A DNA stretch of 64,000 bases from Lentisphaeria bacterium (GCA_017646015.1 JAGCNI010000009.1:10535-74534), one strand, 5' to 3'; positions 25,687 through 35,408 are shown, counted from the first letter of the stretch. Notes: a model not told the origin generated them from the letters alone. Made by a program: numbers and translations.

Positions 25687-27405
25687 ATGAACAGGATCCT
25701 GTTTTTTACAGATTTTCTCACTGAAAAATTCGGTACTGTTCTTCACCGGATCCCGTTTGATCTGGGCTTATCCTGCCCCAACCGTGTGAACGGGGCAGGC
25801 GGTTGTGCTTTCTGTGCTGCTGACGGTGCTCTGGCACGTCATCTTTCATCCGGCATGGAATTGGCAAAACAGGCAGAAGCGGGGCGGAATTATGTTCGTG
25901 AAAGATATGGTTCTGATGGACCATATCTTGCTTATTTTCAAGCATTTACAAATACATTTGCAGAGGTCTCTGTATTGCGGCGTCTTTATTCGGAGGCTCT
26001 CGCCACCGGAGATTACAAAGCAGTGGTGATCGCCACCCGTCCGGATTGTCTTTCTGATGAATGTATTGATTATCTTGCGGAGCTTTCGCAGCAATATGAA
26101 CTCTGGGTCGAGCTTGGAGTGCAGACTGCTGTTGACCGGACATTGGAGTTGATCCGGCGCGGTCATGACTTCGCCTGTGTCCGTGATGCGGTTACGAGAC
26201 TTCATGCCAGAAAGATCCATTGTGCTGCGCACGTGATCCTCGGTTTGCCCGGAGAGACCCGGGAGGATCATCTTTATACCGCCCGCCAGATAGCAGCTCT
26301 TCCCTTTGAAGCAGTGAAACTGCATCATCTTCTGATTCTGAAAGGGACTGCGATGGCATCCATGCTGCATGAAAAGAAAGTGACTCCGCTCAATGAATAT
26401 GAATATGCGGAAGAACTCTGTTGTTTTCTGCGGCAGCTGCCGGAGGGTATGGCGGTCATGCGTATTTCTGCGGATGCCCCGCAGGAGGAGATCATTGCTC
26501 CCCGCTGGTGGATGAAAAAAGGACAATTCCGGGAGATGTTTCTGGAGTTGTTCAAGAAAGGCGGCGAGGGGGATTCCCCATTTGAGTTTGCCTCGAAAAC
26601 AGAGGATGGCTCTTATACCTTTTATCATCCGGTATATCGTCAGCATTTTCATTCGACAGCCGGAGCCAGGAGTGAATCTTTTGTGAAATACATTGATCCC
26701 TGCCGGATCCGGGAACGTCTGGAGAACGGGGAGGAGCTGACAGTTCTTGATGTTGGTTTCGGAATGGGATTCAATGTATCGGCTCTTTTCCGGACAGCGC
26801 AGGCTGCCGGTTGCGGAAGATTGAAAGTGATCTCTCTTGAATTTGATCCTGCGGTTTTGAAAGCGGCATCCATGCTGCCGGAACATCCTGATCCGGAAAT
26901 CGTTCAGGCTTTGCGTCGATCGCAGCAATACAGCAGCGGGAACTTTTCGGTGGAATTGCTTTATGGTGATGCCCGTCAGATCCTTCCTGCGGACACTCTT
27001 TTTGATGCTGTTTTTCTGGATGGATTTTCACCGGATTCCAATCCTGAATTATGGACTTTTGAGTTTATCGGCGAATTGAAAAAACATTTGAATCCGGAAA
27101 CAGGTATGCTTGCGACGTATTCATCTGCCTATCCATTGTACGGAGCCTTGTTGTCTCATGGATTCAAAGTCTATACCTCGGAACCTTTCGGGCGCAAACG
27201 AGGCGGGACGCTGGCAGCACTTCAGGAACAGGATCATGTTACACCTTTACCGGAAAAAGATTTTCTGATTGCGACTCATTCCACAGCCGGGACACCTTAT
27301 TCTGATCCGGACTTGAAAGGGACCCGCAAAGAGATTCTGAAGCGTCACTCGGAAACGGTTTCGGAACGCAGAAAACAAGGTGTTCCGAAATGGTATCGCC
27401 AGTGA
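25687..27405 (+). CDS. Fusion protein: TIGR01212-family radical SAM domain (YhcC/YtqA-like) plus MnmC-type SAM methyltransferase domain (DUF752)
   Basis: N-terminal half: FDLGLSCPNRVNGAGGCAFC, ATRPDC, ELGVQT, ILGLPGET. C-terminal half: DGSYTFYHPVYRQHFHSTAGARSES, LDVGFGMGFN, LLYGDARQ, FDAVFLDGFSPDSNPELWTFEF, LATYSSA. It is one uninterrupted 572-codon frame. Confidence 0.8.
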   Translation: MNRILFFTDFLTEKFGTVLHRIPFDLGLSCPNRVNGAGGCAFCAADGALARHLSSGMELAKQAEAGRNYVRERYGSDGPYLAYFQAFTNTFAEVSVLRRLYSEALATGDYKAVVIATRPDCLSDECIDYLAELSQQYELWVELGVQTAVDRTLELIRRGHDFACVRDAVTRLHARKIHCAAHVILGLPGETREDHLYTARQIAALPFEAVKLHHLLILKGTAMASMLHEKKVTPLNEYEYAEELCCFLRQLPEGMAVMRISADAPQEEIIAPRWWMKKGQFREMFLELFKKGGEGDSPFEFASKTEDGSYTFYHPVYRQHFHSTAGARSESFVKYIDPCRIRERLENGEELTVLDVGFGMGFNVSALFRTAQAAGCGRLKVISLEFDPAVLKAASMLPEHPDPEIVQALRRSQQYSSGNFSVELLYGDARQILPADTLFDAVFLDGFSPDSNPELWTFEFIGELKKHLNPETGMLATYSSAYPLYGALLSHGFKVYTSEPFGRKRGGTLAALQEQDHVTPLPEKDFLIATHSTAGTPYSDPDLKGTRKEILKRHSETVSERRKQGVPKWYRQ

Positions 27406-27461
27406 CATTTTCAAGTTCAAATCACAAAATCATGCCATAAAACTCTTGATCCGATTTTCCT

Positions 27462-27498
27462 GATATTGATTCTTTTTTACTATTATAAGATATTGATT
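27462..27498 (+). repeat. Direct repeat GATATTGATT x2 in the promoter region of the HTH-GH78-like gene
   Basis: gatattgatt occurs at 27462-27471 and 27489-27498. The second copy overlaps a candidate -35 (TTGATT 27493-27498, 17 nt spacer, TATAGT 27516-27521). Confidence 0.6.
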
Positions 27499-27578
27499 TT
27501 TTGATTTTTCTGCATTATAGTTACAGTATTTTATAATCCTGAAAAACTCCATTCAAATTTTACCAAAAGAGGATATAT

Positions 27579-29867
27579 ATGATTTCGGAAATGGAAACAT
27601 TTGGAACCCGGCTTCGCTGTCTCCGTATTGAAAAAGAAAAACAGGATCCTTCTTTTTCTCTGTCCGGTTTTGCTGCGATGCTGAATATCAGCCGGAGCAG
27701 CCTGCGGAAAATAGAAGAAGATGGTCTGATTCCCTGTGCTGATATTATCAGAAAAACAGCTGCGGCATTGGATATATCTCTTGAAGAATTTTCAGCCCTT
27801 GCTGAAAAAGACTCTTTTGCAGTTGCAGTTCCTGTCTGGCCTCGTGGACGTCGTGAAAAAATGAATGATTTTGTTCTTTTTTCGGCTTGTTTTCCGGCGA
27901 AAAACCAAGAGAAGATCCAACTCAGAATTACCGGTTCGACCTATTACCGGGTGAAACTGAATGGTAAATTTGTATCTCACGGACCGATGCGCGGACCGAA
28001 AGGATATTTCCGCATCTCAGAACTGTCTCTTTCTGTGCAGGATGGGGAAAACAAACTTGAAATCGAAGTTTCCGGAGCCAATGTCAACAGTTTTGATTTT
28101 ATGGATCAGCCCAGTTTTCTGCAGGCGGAAGTACGCTCCGGCGATCACGTTCTTCTTGCGACCGGACGGGACTTCAGGGCATTTGATCTTTCCAATGAGC
28201 GAATTCAGAAAGTGACCCGGTACAGTTATCAGAGACTCTTTTTTGAAGCCTATCGGGTGACTCCGGAACGTAAAAATCTGAATCAACTGGAGCTGGAGAT
28301 CTGTCCGCAGGTGAATTATCTTCCCGCCCGGATGCCGGAACCGGAATATAAAATCGATAACAGTTTCCGTCCTGTAAAGACATTGCGCCGAACCTATGCC
28401 GATGAGCCGAAAGTGGCAAGAGACCGTTCTGTTACGATGGCGGGACAAAAAGAATACAAAGGTTTTCCCCAAGAGGAACTTGAGGTCAATGCGTATGTGG
28501 AAATTCCACGTTACCGGCGTGATGATAACGGCATGATCATTTCAACTCTCTACCGGGGGAAGATCGACAACACCGGCTTTGTGAAAATTCATCTTGTCTG
28601 TCATCGTCCCGGACGTCTGGTTGTGCTTTATGATGAGTTGGAATCTCCCGAAGGAGGGGTCAACGCGATGCGTCTTTATATGACGGGCGGTATTTTCTTT
28701 GATTTACAGGAACCCGGCGAATATGAGTTGGAAGCGATGGAACCGGGCACCTTGAAATTTGCCGAAGTTTTCATGCATGGCGGGGAAGCGGAGATACTTT
28801 CTTTTTCGATCCGGGAATATAAAGGTTCCCTCAAACTGCGTCCGCCCTCAGACAAACTTGACCTGGATTTGAAAAAGATTTACCGTGCGGGCTTGTACAG
28901 TTTTGCTGCCAATGCCGTAGATCTGTTTACAGATTGTCCATCACGGGAGCGGGCAGGCTGGCTTGCTGATTCTTTTTTCATTGCCAGGGCATCGTTTTTT
29001 CTGACGGGATCAACGCTTCCGGAAAAATGTTTTCTGGAAAATTTTCTTCTTGCTTCGTCCTGTCCCGGGATCCCGGATGCTGTTTTTCCGATGCTATATC
29101 CCGGAGATCATACGACCGGTGAATTTATTCCCAACTGGGGTATGTGGCTTCTGCTGCAGTTGAATGAATATGCTCAACGTGGCGGAGATGCCGGTATGAT
29201 AGAAGATTTCCGTGGAAAAGTTTTTGCTTTTATCGACTATATTGATTCATTTCTCAATGCAGACGGGCTGCTTGAAAAACTGCCGAGCTGGGTTTTTGTT
29301 GAGTGGAGTAAAGCCAATCAGTTTGTACAGGATGTCAATTATCCGATCAACATGCTCTATGCCCGTACGCTGGAAGCGATGGCTGATCTTTATCATGAAC
29401 CTGCATGGAAATCACGGGCTCAGAGAATGCGTCAGACGATTCGGGAGCAGTCTTTTGACGGTCAATTTTTCCGGGATCACGCTGTGCGAGAGGAAGATGG
29501 AACTTTGAGAGTTCTTTCTGATTATACGGAAGTGTGCCAGTACTATGCGTTTTATTTCGGTACGGTGACACCGGAAACTCATCCTGCATTGTGGCGTTGT
29601 CTTGTCCGGGATTTCGGATCGCATCGTGAGGTCGGGAAGAAATGGAAAAAAGTTCATCCTGCCAATATGTTTATGGGGACAATCATGCGGCTTGAGCTGC
29701 TTATTCAAACCGGGCATAAGGGGATGGCATTGAACCATATCAAAGAGTGCTGTCTCAAGATGGTGAAACTGACGGGAACTTTGTGGGAACATAAGGAGCC
29801 CTATGCCAGTTGTTGTCATGGATTTCCGAGTTTTATCTGTTTGCTGATTCAGAAAATCAAAGGATAA
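27579..29867 (+). CDS. XRE-family HTH domain fused in frame to an alpha-L-rhamnosidase-like (GH78-like) body
   Basis: Residues ~8-70 are FGTRLRCLRIEKEK...LSGFAAMLNISRSSLRKIEEDGLIPCADIIRKTAAALDISLEEF (XRE HTH). From ~95 comes the rhamnosidase N-domain pattern IQLRITGSTYYRVKLNGKFVSHGP...GENKLEIEV. Later comes the six-hairpin block FTDCPSRERAGWLADSF. RBS agagga lies upstream of ATG 27579. Confidence 0.7.
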   Translation: MISEMETFGTRLRCLRIEKEKQDPSFSLSGFAAMLNISRSSLRKIEEDGLIPCADIIRKTAAALDISLEEFSALAEKDSFAVAVPVWPRGRREKMNDFVLFSACFPAKNQEKIQLRITGSTYYRVKLNGKFVSHGPMRGPKGYFRISELSLSVQDGENKLEIEVSGANVNSFDFMDQPSFLQAEVRSGDHVLLATGRDFRAFDLSNERIQKVTRYSYQRLFFEAYRVTPERKNLNQLELEICPQVNYLPARMPEPEYKIDNSFRPVKTLRRTYADEPKVARDRSVTMAGQKEYKGFPQEELEVNAYVEIPRYRRDDNGMIISTLYRGKIDNTGFVKIHLVCHRPGRLVVLYDELESPEGGVNAMRLYMTGGIFFDLQEPGEYELEAMEPGTLKFAEVFMHGGEAEILSFSIREYKGSLKLRPPSDKLDLDLKKIYRAGLYSFAANAVDLFTDCPSRERAGWLADSFFIARASFFLTGSTLPEKCFLENFLLASSCPGIPDAVFPMLYPGDHTTGEFIPNWGMWLLLQLNEYAQRGGDAGMIEDFRGKVFAFIDYIDSFLNADGLLEKLPSWVFVEWSKANQFVQDVNYPINMLYARTLEAMADLYHEPAWKSRAQRMRQTIREQSFDGQFFRDHAVREEDGTLRVLSDYTEVCQYYAFYFGTVTPETHPALWRCLVRDFGSHREVGKKWKKVHPANMFMGTIMRLELLIQTGHKGMALNHIKECCLKMVKLTGTLWEHKEPYASCCHGFPSFICLLIQKIKG

Positions 29868-29955
29868 CTGTGAAATTTTGAAAGATCTGTATTGCATTGC
29901 AGTCGATAATCATGTATAGTAAATGGTTTCCGGAAAACGAATCAGAGATTTTGTA

Positions 29956-31362
29956 ATGGATAAGAAGAAAAAATACCAGATCAATATGTGTCATGGCTCT
30001 CTGTTCAGGCAGATTTTTCATTTTTCATTGCCGCTGATGGGAGCCAACGTCATGGTATTGATGTTTCATGCGGCGGATTTGATTGTATTGGGACAATTTG
30101 CTTCTGAATCTGTCCGTACGGTTGCCACGGCGGCAGTGGGTACAACGACGGCGCTGCATACACTTCTGCTGATTTTTTTTTCCGGCTTCTGTGCGGGTGT
30201 CAATTCCATTACTGCCCGTTATGTCGGGGCGCGGGATCATAAAAAAGTCTCCCGCACGGTTCATACTTCCATTGCTTTGGGGATTGCTGCGGGGATCGTT
30301 ATTGCTCTGTTGGGAGTGCTGTTTTCCAGAACTGCCCTTCAATGGATGTCAACCCCGGCGGATGTGTTGGACAAGGCGACGATCTATTTGCAGATTTTCA
30401 GTATCGGACTTCCCTTTACGGGACTTTATCTGATCGGGAGTGCGATTTTGCGTGCGGTTGGAGATACCAGACGTCCTTTGTTTTTCATTATTATCGGCGG
30501 TGTGGTCAATGTGATTCTCAATCTTATTTTTGTTTCTGTTTTCAAAATGGATGCTGCCGGGGTTGCCATTGCCACCAAGATTTCCAGTATTCTTTCTGCT
30601 GTGCTTGTGCTGCGGACACTGCACCGTTCTCCAGGTGCGATTCGTCTGGTATTTTCCAAGATCCGTCTTCATGCAGATATGCTCAAAGAGGTCTTGTGGA
30701 TCGGAGTTCCTGCGGGGATCCAGAGTGCTCTTTACAGTATTTCCAATATATTCATTCAGTCCTCTGTCAACTCTCTGGGCAGTGCTGCCATGGCGGGGAA
30801 TGCTGCTTCACAAAGTCTGGAGGGGATGGCAAACATTGCCTGCGGTGCTTATTATCAGACCTCGATGAGTTTTGCCGGGCAGAACTATGGCGGGAAAAAA
30901 TATAAACGGGTGATCCGCAGTATCTGGGTCTGTCTGTTTTATACCATTGCTTTTTCGGTGCTTTGCGGCGGTTTGTTTTTGGTAACCGGAAGATTTTTTC
31001 TGGGATTGTATAATCCCGATCCGACAGTGATCAACTGGGGAATGGAACGGCTTGTGGTCATGATGTGTTCGTTTTTCCTGTGCTGTATCATGGATACGAT
31101 CACGGGGTCTTTACGGGGTCTCGGACATTCTGTCAAGCCAACAGTCACTACGATTATGGGCGTTTGTGTATTGCGTATTTTCTGGGTATTCACGATTTTC
31201 CCGCAGTACAGGACCTTACAGTGCCTGATGATTTCATATCCTGTTTCATGGCTTCTGACAGGACTTGTCAACGGTGTCATTCTCTTCTTTGTCTGCCGCA
31301 AGATGCTGCTTGATGCCCGTGATTCCTGGAAAATCAACATGCCAAACTGCCGTCACTCTTGA
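29956..31362 (+). CDS. MATE-family efflux transporter
   Basis: About 12 TM segments. N-terminus MDKKKKYQINMCHGSLFRQIFHFSLPLMGANV is typical of MATE/NorM proteins. The listed ORF starts 33 nt earlier (29923), and I prefer ATG 29956. Confidence 0.85.
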   Translation: MDKKKKYQINMCHGSLFRQIFHFSLPLMGANVMVLMFHAADLIVLGQFASESVRTVATAAVGTTTALHTLLLIFFSGFCAGVNSITARYVGARDHKKVSRTVHTSIALGIAAGIVIALLGVLFSRTALQWMSTPADVLDKATIYLQIFSIGLPFTGLYLIGSAILRAVGDTRRPLFFIIIGGVVNVILNLIFVSVFKMDAAGVAIATKISSILSAVLVLRTLHRSPGAIRLVFSKIRLHADMLKEVLWIGVPAGIQSALYSISNIFIQSSVNSLGSAAMAGNAASQSLEGMANIACGAYYQTSMSFAGQNYGGKKYKRVIRSIWVCLFYTIAFSVLCGGLFLVTGRFFLGLYNPDPTVINWGMERLVVMMCSFFLCCIMDTITGSLRGLGHSVKPTVTTIMGVCVLRIFWVFTIFPQYRTLQCLMISYPVSWLLTGLVNGVILFFVCRKMLLDARDSWKINMPNCRHS

Positions 31363-31428
31363 TCCGGCAGTTTTCCGTCAGATTTATAAGTTACTGAATT
31401 GCAGGAGTTTTTTTGGAACCGTCATATT

Positions 31429-31944
31429 TTATTTGCTGAAATTGATTTCTGTTACATCATCGGCAATCAGGTATGGCATTTCTTCATGAACAACAGCTCC
31501 GGCGGAGATTTCCTGCGGATCCAGTTTCAAATATTTCAACTCCCCTTCTGCGAGAAGAGTTCCCTCCAAATTGAAAATCTGAGAGCAGATCACTGCGAAT
31601 TTCGTGCTTTCCCGCAGGAGTTCACCTTTTGCAATCAGAAATTCCTCATAAGGAACCGGTTTCCGGAACCGTGTTGTAAGGCTCATGGTGACACCGAAAT
31701 CATCTTCACATCCATGTTTTGACCACATTGCCCGCAAGCCCATTTCGTCGAGCATGGCAGTGATCATTCCTCCATGGACCCTGCCGGGATAACTCTGGTG
31801 ATGCACTGCAAATTGAAAACGGCTCATAACGCTGCCGTCTTCCATATTATAGAAATGAGCCCGTACTCCTGCCTGGTTATCCAGCCCGCAAATGACACAC
31901 ATTCTGCTGTTCCGCTGTTTACTGATTACTTTCATTGTCCGCAC
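31429..31944 (-). CDS. PaaI-family hotdog-fold thioesterase
   Basis: N-terminal CVICG zinc-ribbon-like motif, then GRVHGGMITAMLDE, typical of PaaI/YbgC-like thioesterases. Confidence 0.7.
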   Translation of the reverse strand: MRTMKVISKQRNSRMCVICGLDNQAGVRAHFYNMEDGSVMSRFQFAVHHQSYPGRVHGGMITAMLDEMGLRAMWSKHGCEDDFGVTMSLTTRFRKPVPYEEFLIAKGELLRESTKFAVICSQIFNLEGTLLAEGELKYLKLDPQEISAGAVVHEEMPYLIADDVTEINFSK

Positions 31945-31970
31945 CTGTAATTTTCCGGTAAAGAGGTTTT

Positions 31971-32010
31971 GTTAAAAAAAGACGGTACGCATTTTGTGCA
32001 TACCGTCTTT
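31971..32010 (-). terminator. Rho-independent terminator after the PpiD-like gene
   Basis: The minus strand reads aaagacggtatgcacaaaatgcgtaccgtcttttttt. The outer 10 bp stem is aaagacggta/taccgtcttt, with an inner extension, followed by a T-run. Confidence 0.7.
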
Positions 32011-32032
32011 GGATCTGTTGTATTGATTTGGA

Positions 32033-33697
32033 TCAGTTATTCTGCTGCTGTCGGAAATTATCCACGCAGTTGGAACGGATCCAGGTCATGAGAGAACTCT
32101 GCTGCATCATCTGTTTGGAATATGCCATTACAGCTTCGAGCTGTTTTTTAGCCTCTTCTTTTTCTTTTGCGGTAGCCTGTTCACGCTTGTCCAGACAGAT
32201 AACGATCATGGCATCGGGCGTTTCTTCGGAGTTTGAAATGGCCCCGTCTGCGAGCAGAGCTGCATTCTGCATTGCGAACTGCTGCACCATATCAGCGGGT
32301 CGTGTTTCTCTGGTGAATACGGGGAGTTTTGTCACAACACCTTTTGCTTTTGCGGCGACCTGCTGGAGAGCAGCGGATTTATTTTTTTCTGCATTGAGTT
32401 TATGGATGAAGTTGAGAGCAGCTTCTTTGGCAGCCATTTTGGAACGTTCTGCGATGAGAAGTTCTTCTGCTTTTGCTTTAACATCCTTGAAATCAGCGAG
32501 TTTAGAGGGTTGTACATCGGAGAGAGCTGCGACATAAACGCCGTTATTTCCCTGCAGACTTGCCCGGAGGATCGGGGTATGCTGGAGGTTTGCCTGGAAG
32601 AGAGCTTTGACCAATTCCGGTTCATTTCCGATTCCGGCAAGATTTTTTGTATTGGCATCGAACCAGACGGTACGGATGACATTATATTTGTTTTTCGTGG
32701 CGAGAGAGTTGAAGAGGAGGAGCTGACCTTTTCCGGAGTCAACGGAATCAGCAGCGGCGGCATCGTAGATCTGATCGCGGAATTTTTTTGCTTTTTCAGC
32801 GGCAAGTTTTTTTCCGGCTTCGAGGCGGAGAGCAGCGATGATCTGTTTTTTCACCTGTGCCAACGGCTGAAGTTTATTATTTTGGGTGAACTCCTTTTCA
32901 TGAGCCTTGTAATAATCCTGAATTTCTTTTGCTGAGGGTGTGATATTGGCAGGTGTATAGGGGAATTTGACAACCAGAGCACGGATCAGGGGAGCGGTCA
33001 TGAACTGTTTGGAGTTTGCCTTGTAATAGTTCATGATTTCATCATCCGTGAATTTTTTAGCCGGTTTGAAAGATGCGAAGGGGAATTTGACCATACGAGC
33101 ATGGAATTTTTCTTTCTGCAGTTCTGCGAGAAGATCAAGTTCCTGCGGTGTGACGGTGGCGGATCCGGTCAGCTGTGTGCTGAGTTTTTCAGCGGCGAGC
33201 ATTTTACGGACAACGTTTTCAAAATCAGCCAGGGTCATTCCTTCTCTGGAGAGGAAATTTTCACCGAATTTCTTATACAGTTCCGGATCAAATCCTTTAT
33301 CATTGCGGAAGAGGGCGAATCCGTTTTTGATGAAATTGGTCAGTTCTGTATCGGAGACAGTGATTCCGAGTTTGAGAGCTGTTTTTTCGCGTGCGATCTC
33401 ATCAAACAGTGTCTGTGAGATATAGTCCTGGAATTGAGAGCTGTCGCGTCCGGTCATAGCGGTCAGGAGCAACATTCTTTCGCGCATAGCCTGCTGATAT
33501 TCTTTGAGTTTGACTTTTTCGCCGAAAACAGTACCGACGACGAGGTTGGGGGAGTTCATATCCTGTCCGAAGAACATGGAACCATCCAGTCCCGGTGTGA
33601 AGAACCACACGAAAGAAACGATAATGATAAAGGAAAAGATTCCGAAGAGAATCTTGTTATGCTTGACCAGCACAGTGTTCATTTTTCTGATGACCAT
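32033..33697 (-). CDS. PpiD/SurA-N-like periplasmic chaperone, membrane anchored
   Basis: N-terminal anchor ILFGIFSFIIIVSFVWFF, then a long helical SurA_N-like region. The overall architecture resembles PpiD. I could not see a clear parvulin signature. Confidence 0.55.
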   Translation of the reverse strand: MVIRKMNTVLVKHNKILFGIFSFIIIVSFVWFFTPGLDGSMFFGQDMNSPNLVVGTVFGEKVKLKEYQQAMRERMLLLTAMTGRDSSQFQDYISQTLFDEIAREKTALKLGITVSDTELTNFIKNGFALFRNDKGFDPELYKKFGENFLSREGMTLADFENVVRKMLAAEKLSTQLTGSATVTPQELDLLAELQKEKFHARMVKFPFASFKPAKKFTDDEIMNYYKANSKQFMTAPLIRALVVKFPYTPANITPSAKEIQDYYKAHEKEFTQNNKLQPLAQVKKQIIAALRLEAGKKLAAEKAKKFRDQIYDAAAADSVDSGKGQLLLFNSLATKNKYNVIRTVWFDANTKNLAGIGNEPELVKALFQANLQHTPILRASLQGNNGVYVAALSDVQPSKLADFKDVKAKAEELLIAERSKMAAKEAALNFIHKLNAEKNKSAALQQVAAKAKGVVTKLPVFTRETRPADMVQQFAMQNAALLADGAISNSEETPDAMIVICLDKREQATAKEKEEAKKQLEAVMAYSKQMMQQSSLMTWIRSNCVDNFRQQQNN

Positions 33698-33793
33698 AGT
33701 CCATCCTCATGTTATTTATATTGTTGATAATATTCTGATAATGTTGATAATGTACCCGCTTGTAGTGAGTTATTCAAGCGGGAAAACAGAAAA

Positions 33794-35203
33794 TCATGCC
33801 TTTTTCACTTTGATTCCGCCGCCGGGGACATCTTCAATGATCCATCCGAGGTCTTTCAGACGGTTCCGGAGTTCATCTGCTTTCGCGAAATCGCGTGCTT
33901 TTCTTGCTTCCGTTCTCTGCTGAGCCATTTCCATGATTTCAGCGGGGACTTCTTCTTTGACAGCAGGAGCATCGACATCGAAAGATCCGAGGACTTTATT
34001 GAAACGGCGGAACTGTTCGAGGATGATTCCTCCGGCTTCGCTGCCGAATTCATTTTTTGCAAGTGCGGAATTGACACTGCGTTCGAGGTTGTAAACAGCT
34101 GCGAGAGCTTCAGCGATACCGAGGTCATTTCCCATTGCTTTCGCGAAAGCCTGATCGGCGGCGGCAGCCAGTTCTGCAGCTTGTTCTTTTCCTTTGTCAC
34201 CCTTTTCCAGATCATGCAGACGCTGAAAGAAGTCGGCAAATTTTTTCAGAGTGGAACGAGCCTGATCGCAGAGAGCGATACTGAAATTGAGTTTGGAACG
34301 ATAATGGGTTCCGATCAAAGCCCAGCGGACTTCCGCTCCGGTATAGCCTTTGGCAAGGAGGTCACGGAGGGTATAGAAGTTGCCGAGAGATTTGGACATT
34401 TTTTTATTTTCGATCGTGAGATGTTCGCAGTGGAGCCAGTAATTGACGAACTGGCAGCCGTTGGCGGCTTCACTCTGTGCGATTTCATCTTCATGATGCG
34501 GGAACATATTGTCAACGCCGCCGGTATGGAGGTCGAAAGTCTTGCCGAGATATTTCATACTCATGGCACTGCATTCGAGATGCCAGCCGGGACGTCCGAT
34601 TCCCCAGGGGCTGTCCCATTTCACATCGCCGTCGGAGGGGCTCCATGCTTTCCAGAGAGCGAAGTCAGCCACGGAATCTTTTTCATATTCATCGCTGTTG
34701 ATCCGGACTCCTGCCCGCTGCTGTTCGCGATCGATCCGGGCGAGTTTTCCGTATTCTTTGAATTTATCAATGGAGAAATAGACCGATCCGTCTTCTGATT
34801 TGTAAGCGTATCCTTTTTCAAAAAGGACTTCGATCATGCGGATCATTTCCGGGATATGGGTGGTGGCTTCCGGATAGTGTTCTGCGGGTTCGATCCGGAG
34901 TTCTTTGAGGTCTTCAAAGAAAGCATCTTTGTATTTCCGTGTGAAATCCTGCAGTTTGAGTTTTGCCGCCTGTGAGTCACGGATGGTCTTGTCATCCACA
35001 TCGGTCAGGTTCATGACCTGAGTCACTTTATGACCGAAATATTCCAGTGTTCGGCGGAGGATATCTTCAAAGAGATATGCCCGGAAGTTTCCGATATGGG
35101 CGTAGTTGTAAACGGTGGGTCCGCAGGTGTACATGCGGACGTTCTCTTTGTCAATAGGTGTGAACTCCTGCATGGAGCGACCGAGAGTATTGAAAAAACG
35201 CAT
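33794..35203 (-). CDS. cysS: Cysteine--tRNA ligase
   Basis: Class I motifs HIGN (YAHIGNFRAY) and KMSKS (KMSKSLGN). Zn-binding CGPTVY. WPGWHLECSAM. Confidence 0.95.
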   Translation of the reverse strand: MRFFNTLGRSMQEFTPIDKENVRMYTCGPTVYNYAHIGNFRAYLFEDILRRTLEYFGHKVTQVMNLTDVDDKTIRDSQAAKLKLQDFTRKYKDAFFEDLKELRIEPAEHYPEATTHIPEMIRMIEVLFEKGYAYKSEDGSVYFSIDKFKEYGKLARIDREQQRAGVRINSDEYEKDSVADFALWKAWSPSDGDVKWDSPWGIGRPGWHLECSAMSMKYLGKTFDLHTGGVDNMFPHHEDEIAQSEAANGCQFVNYWLHCEHLTIENKKMSKSLGNFYTLRDLLAKGYTGAEVRWALIGTHYRSKLNFSIALCDQARSTLKKFADFFQRLHDLEKGDKGKEQAAELAAAADQAFAKAMGNDLGIAEALAAVYNLERSVNSALAKNEFGSEAGGIILEQFRRFNKVLGSFDVDAPAVKEEVPAEIMEMAQQRTEARKARDFAKADELRNRLKDLGWIIEDVPGGGIKVKKA

Positions 35204-35408
35204 AGTTTCTCCTTTTCTTGTAATTTTAAATAACCTTTTGTTTTATAGTATGGAAATTTACACTGATAAATGATTTTTTCCATTCCGGAACTGAGAAGTT
35301 TTACGAAAAAAACGTTTTTCCTGCCAAAAATCTTCCATTTCCGGCTTGTCAAACGGGGAAAATGCCATTAAATTATCAGGAAAACGAAAAAAAATCAGGA
35401 GAAAGATC

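Noticed and set aside
33698-33793. Three copies of (T)GATAAT and the hairpin cccgcttg...caagcggg between cysS and the PpiD-like gene.
   Set aside because: The hairpin lacks a following T-run on the minus strand, so it is at best a weak terminator. The GATAAT repeats look like overlapping -10-like hexamers in an AT-rich promoter region. This is not enough to call a specific element.
35346-35408. N-terminal extensions of listed ORFs: rdgB from TTG 35346, MoxR to 42567, dinB to 47614, the regulator from 48216, the SGNH gene from 59522, and the 57472 start.
   Set aside because: In each case an internal ATG with a good Shine-Dalgarno sequence, or an ATGA coupling overlap, gives an N-terminus matching the family norm. 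The extensions overlap upstream genes or promoters.
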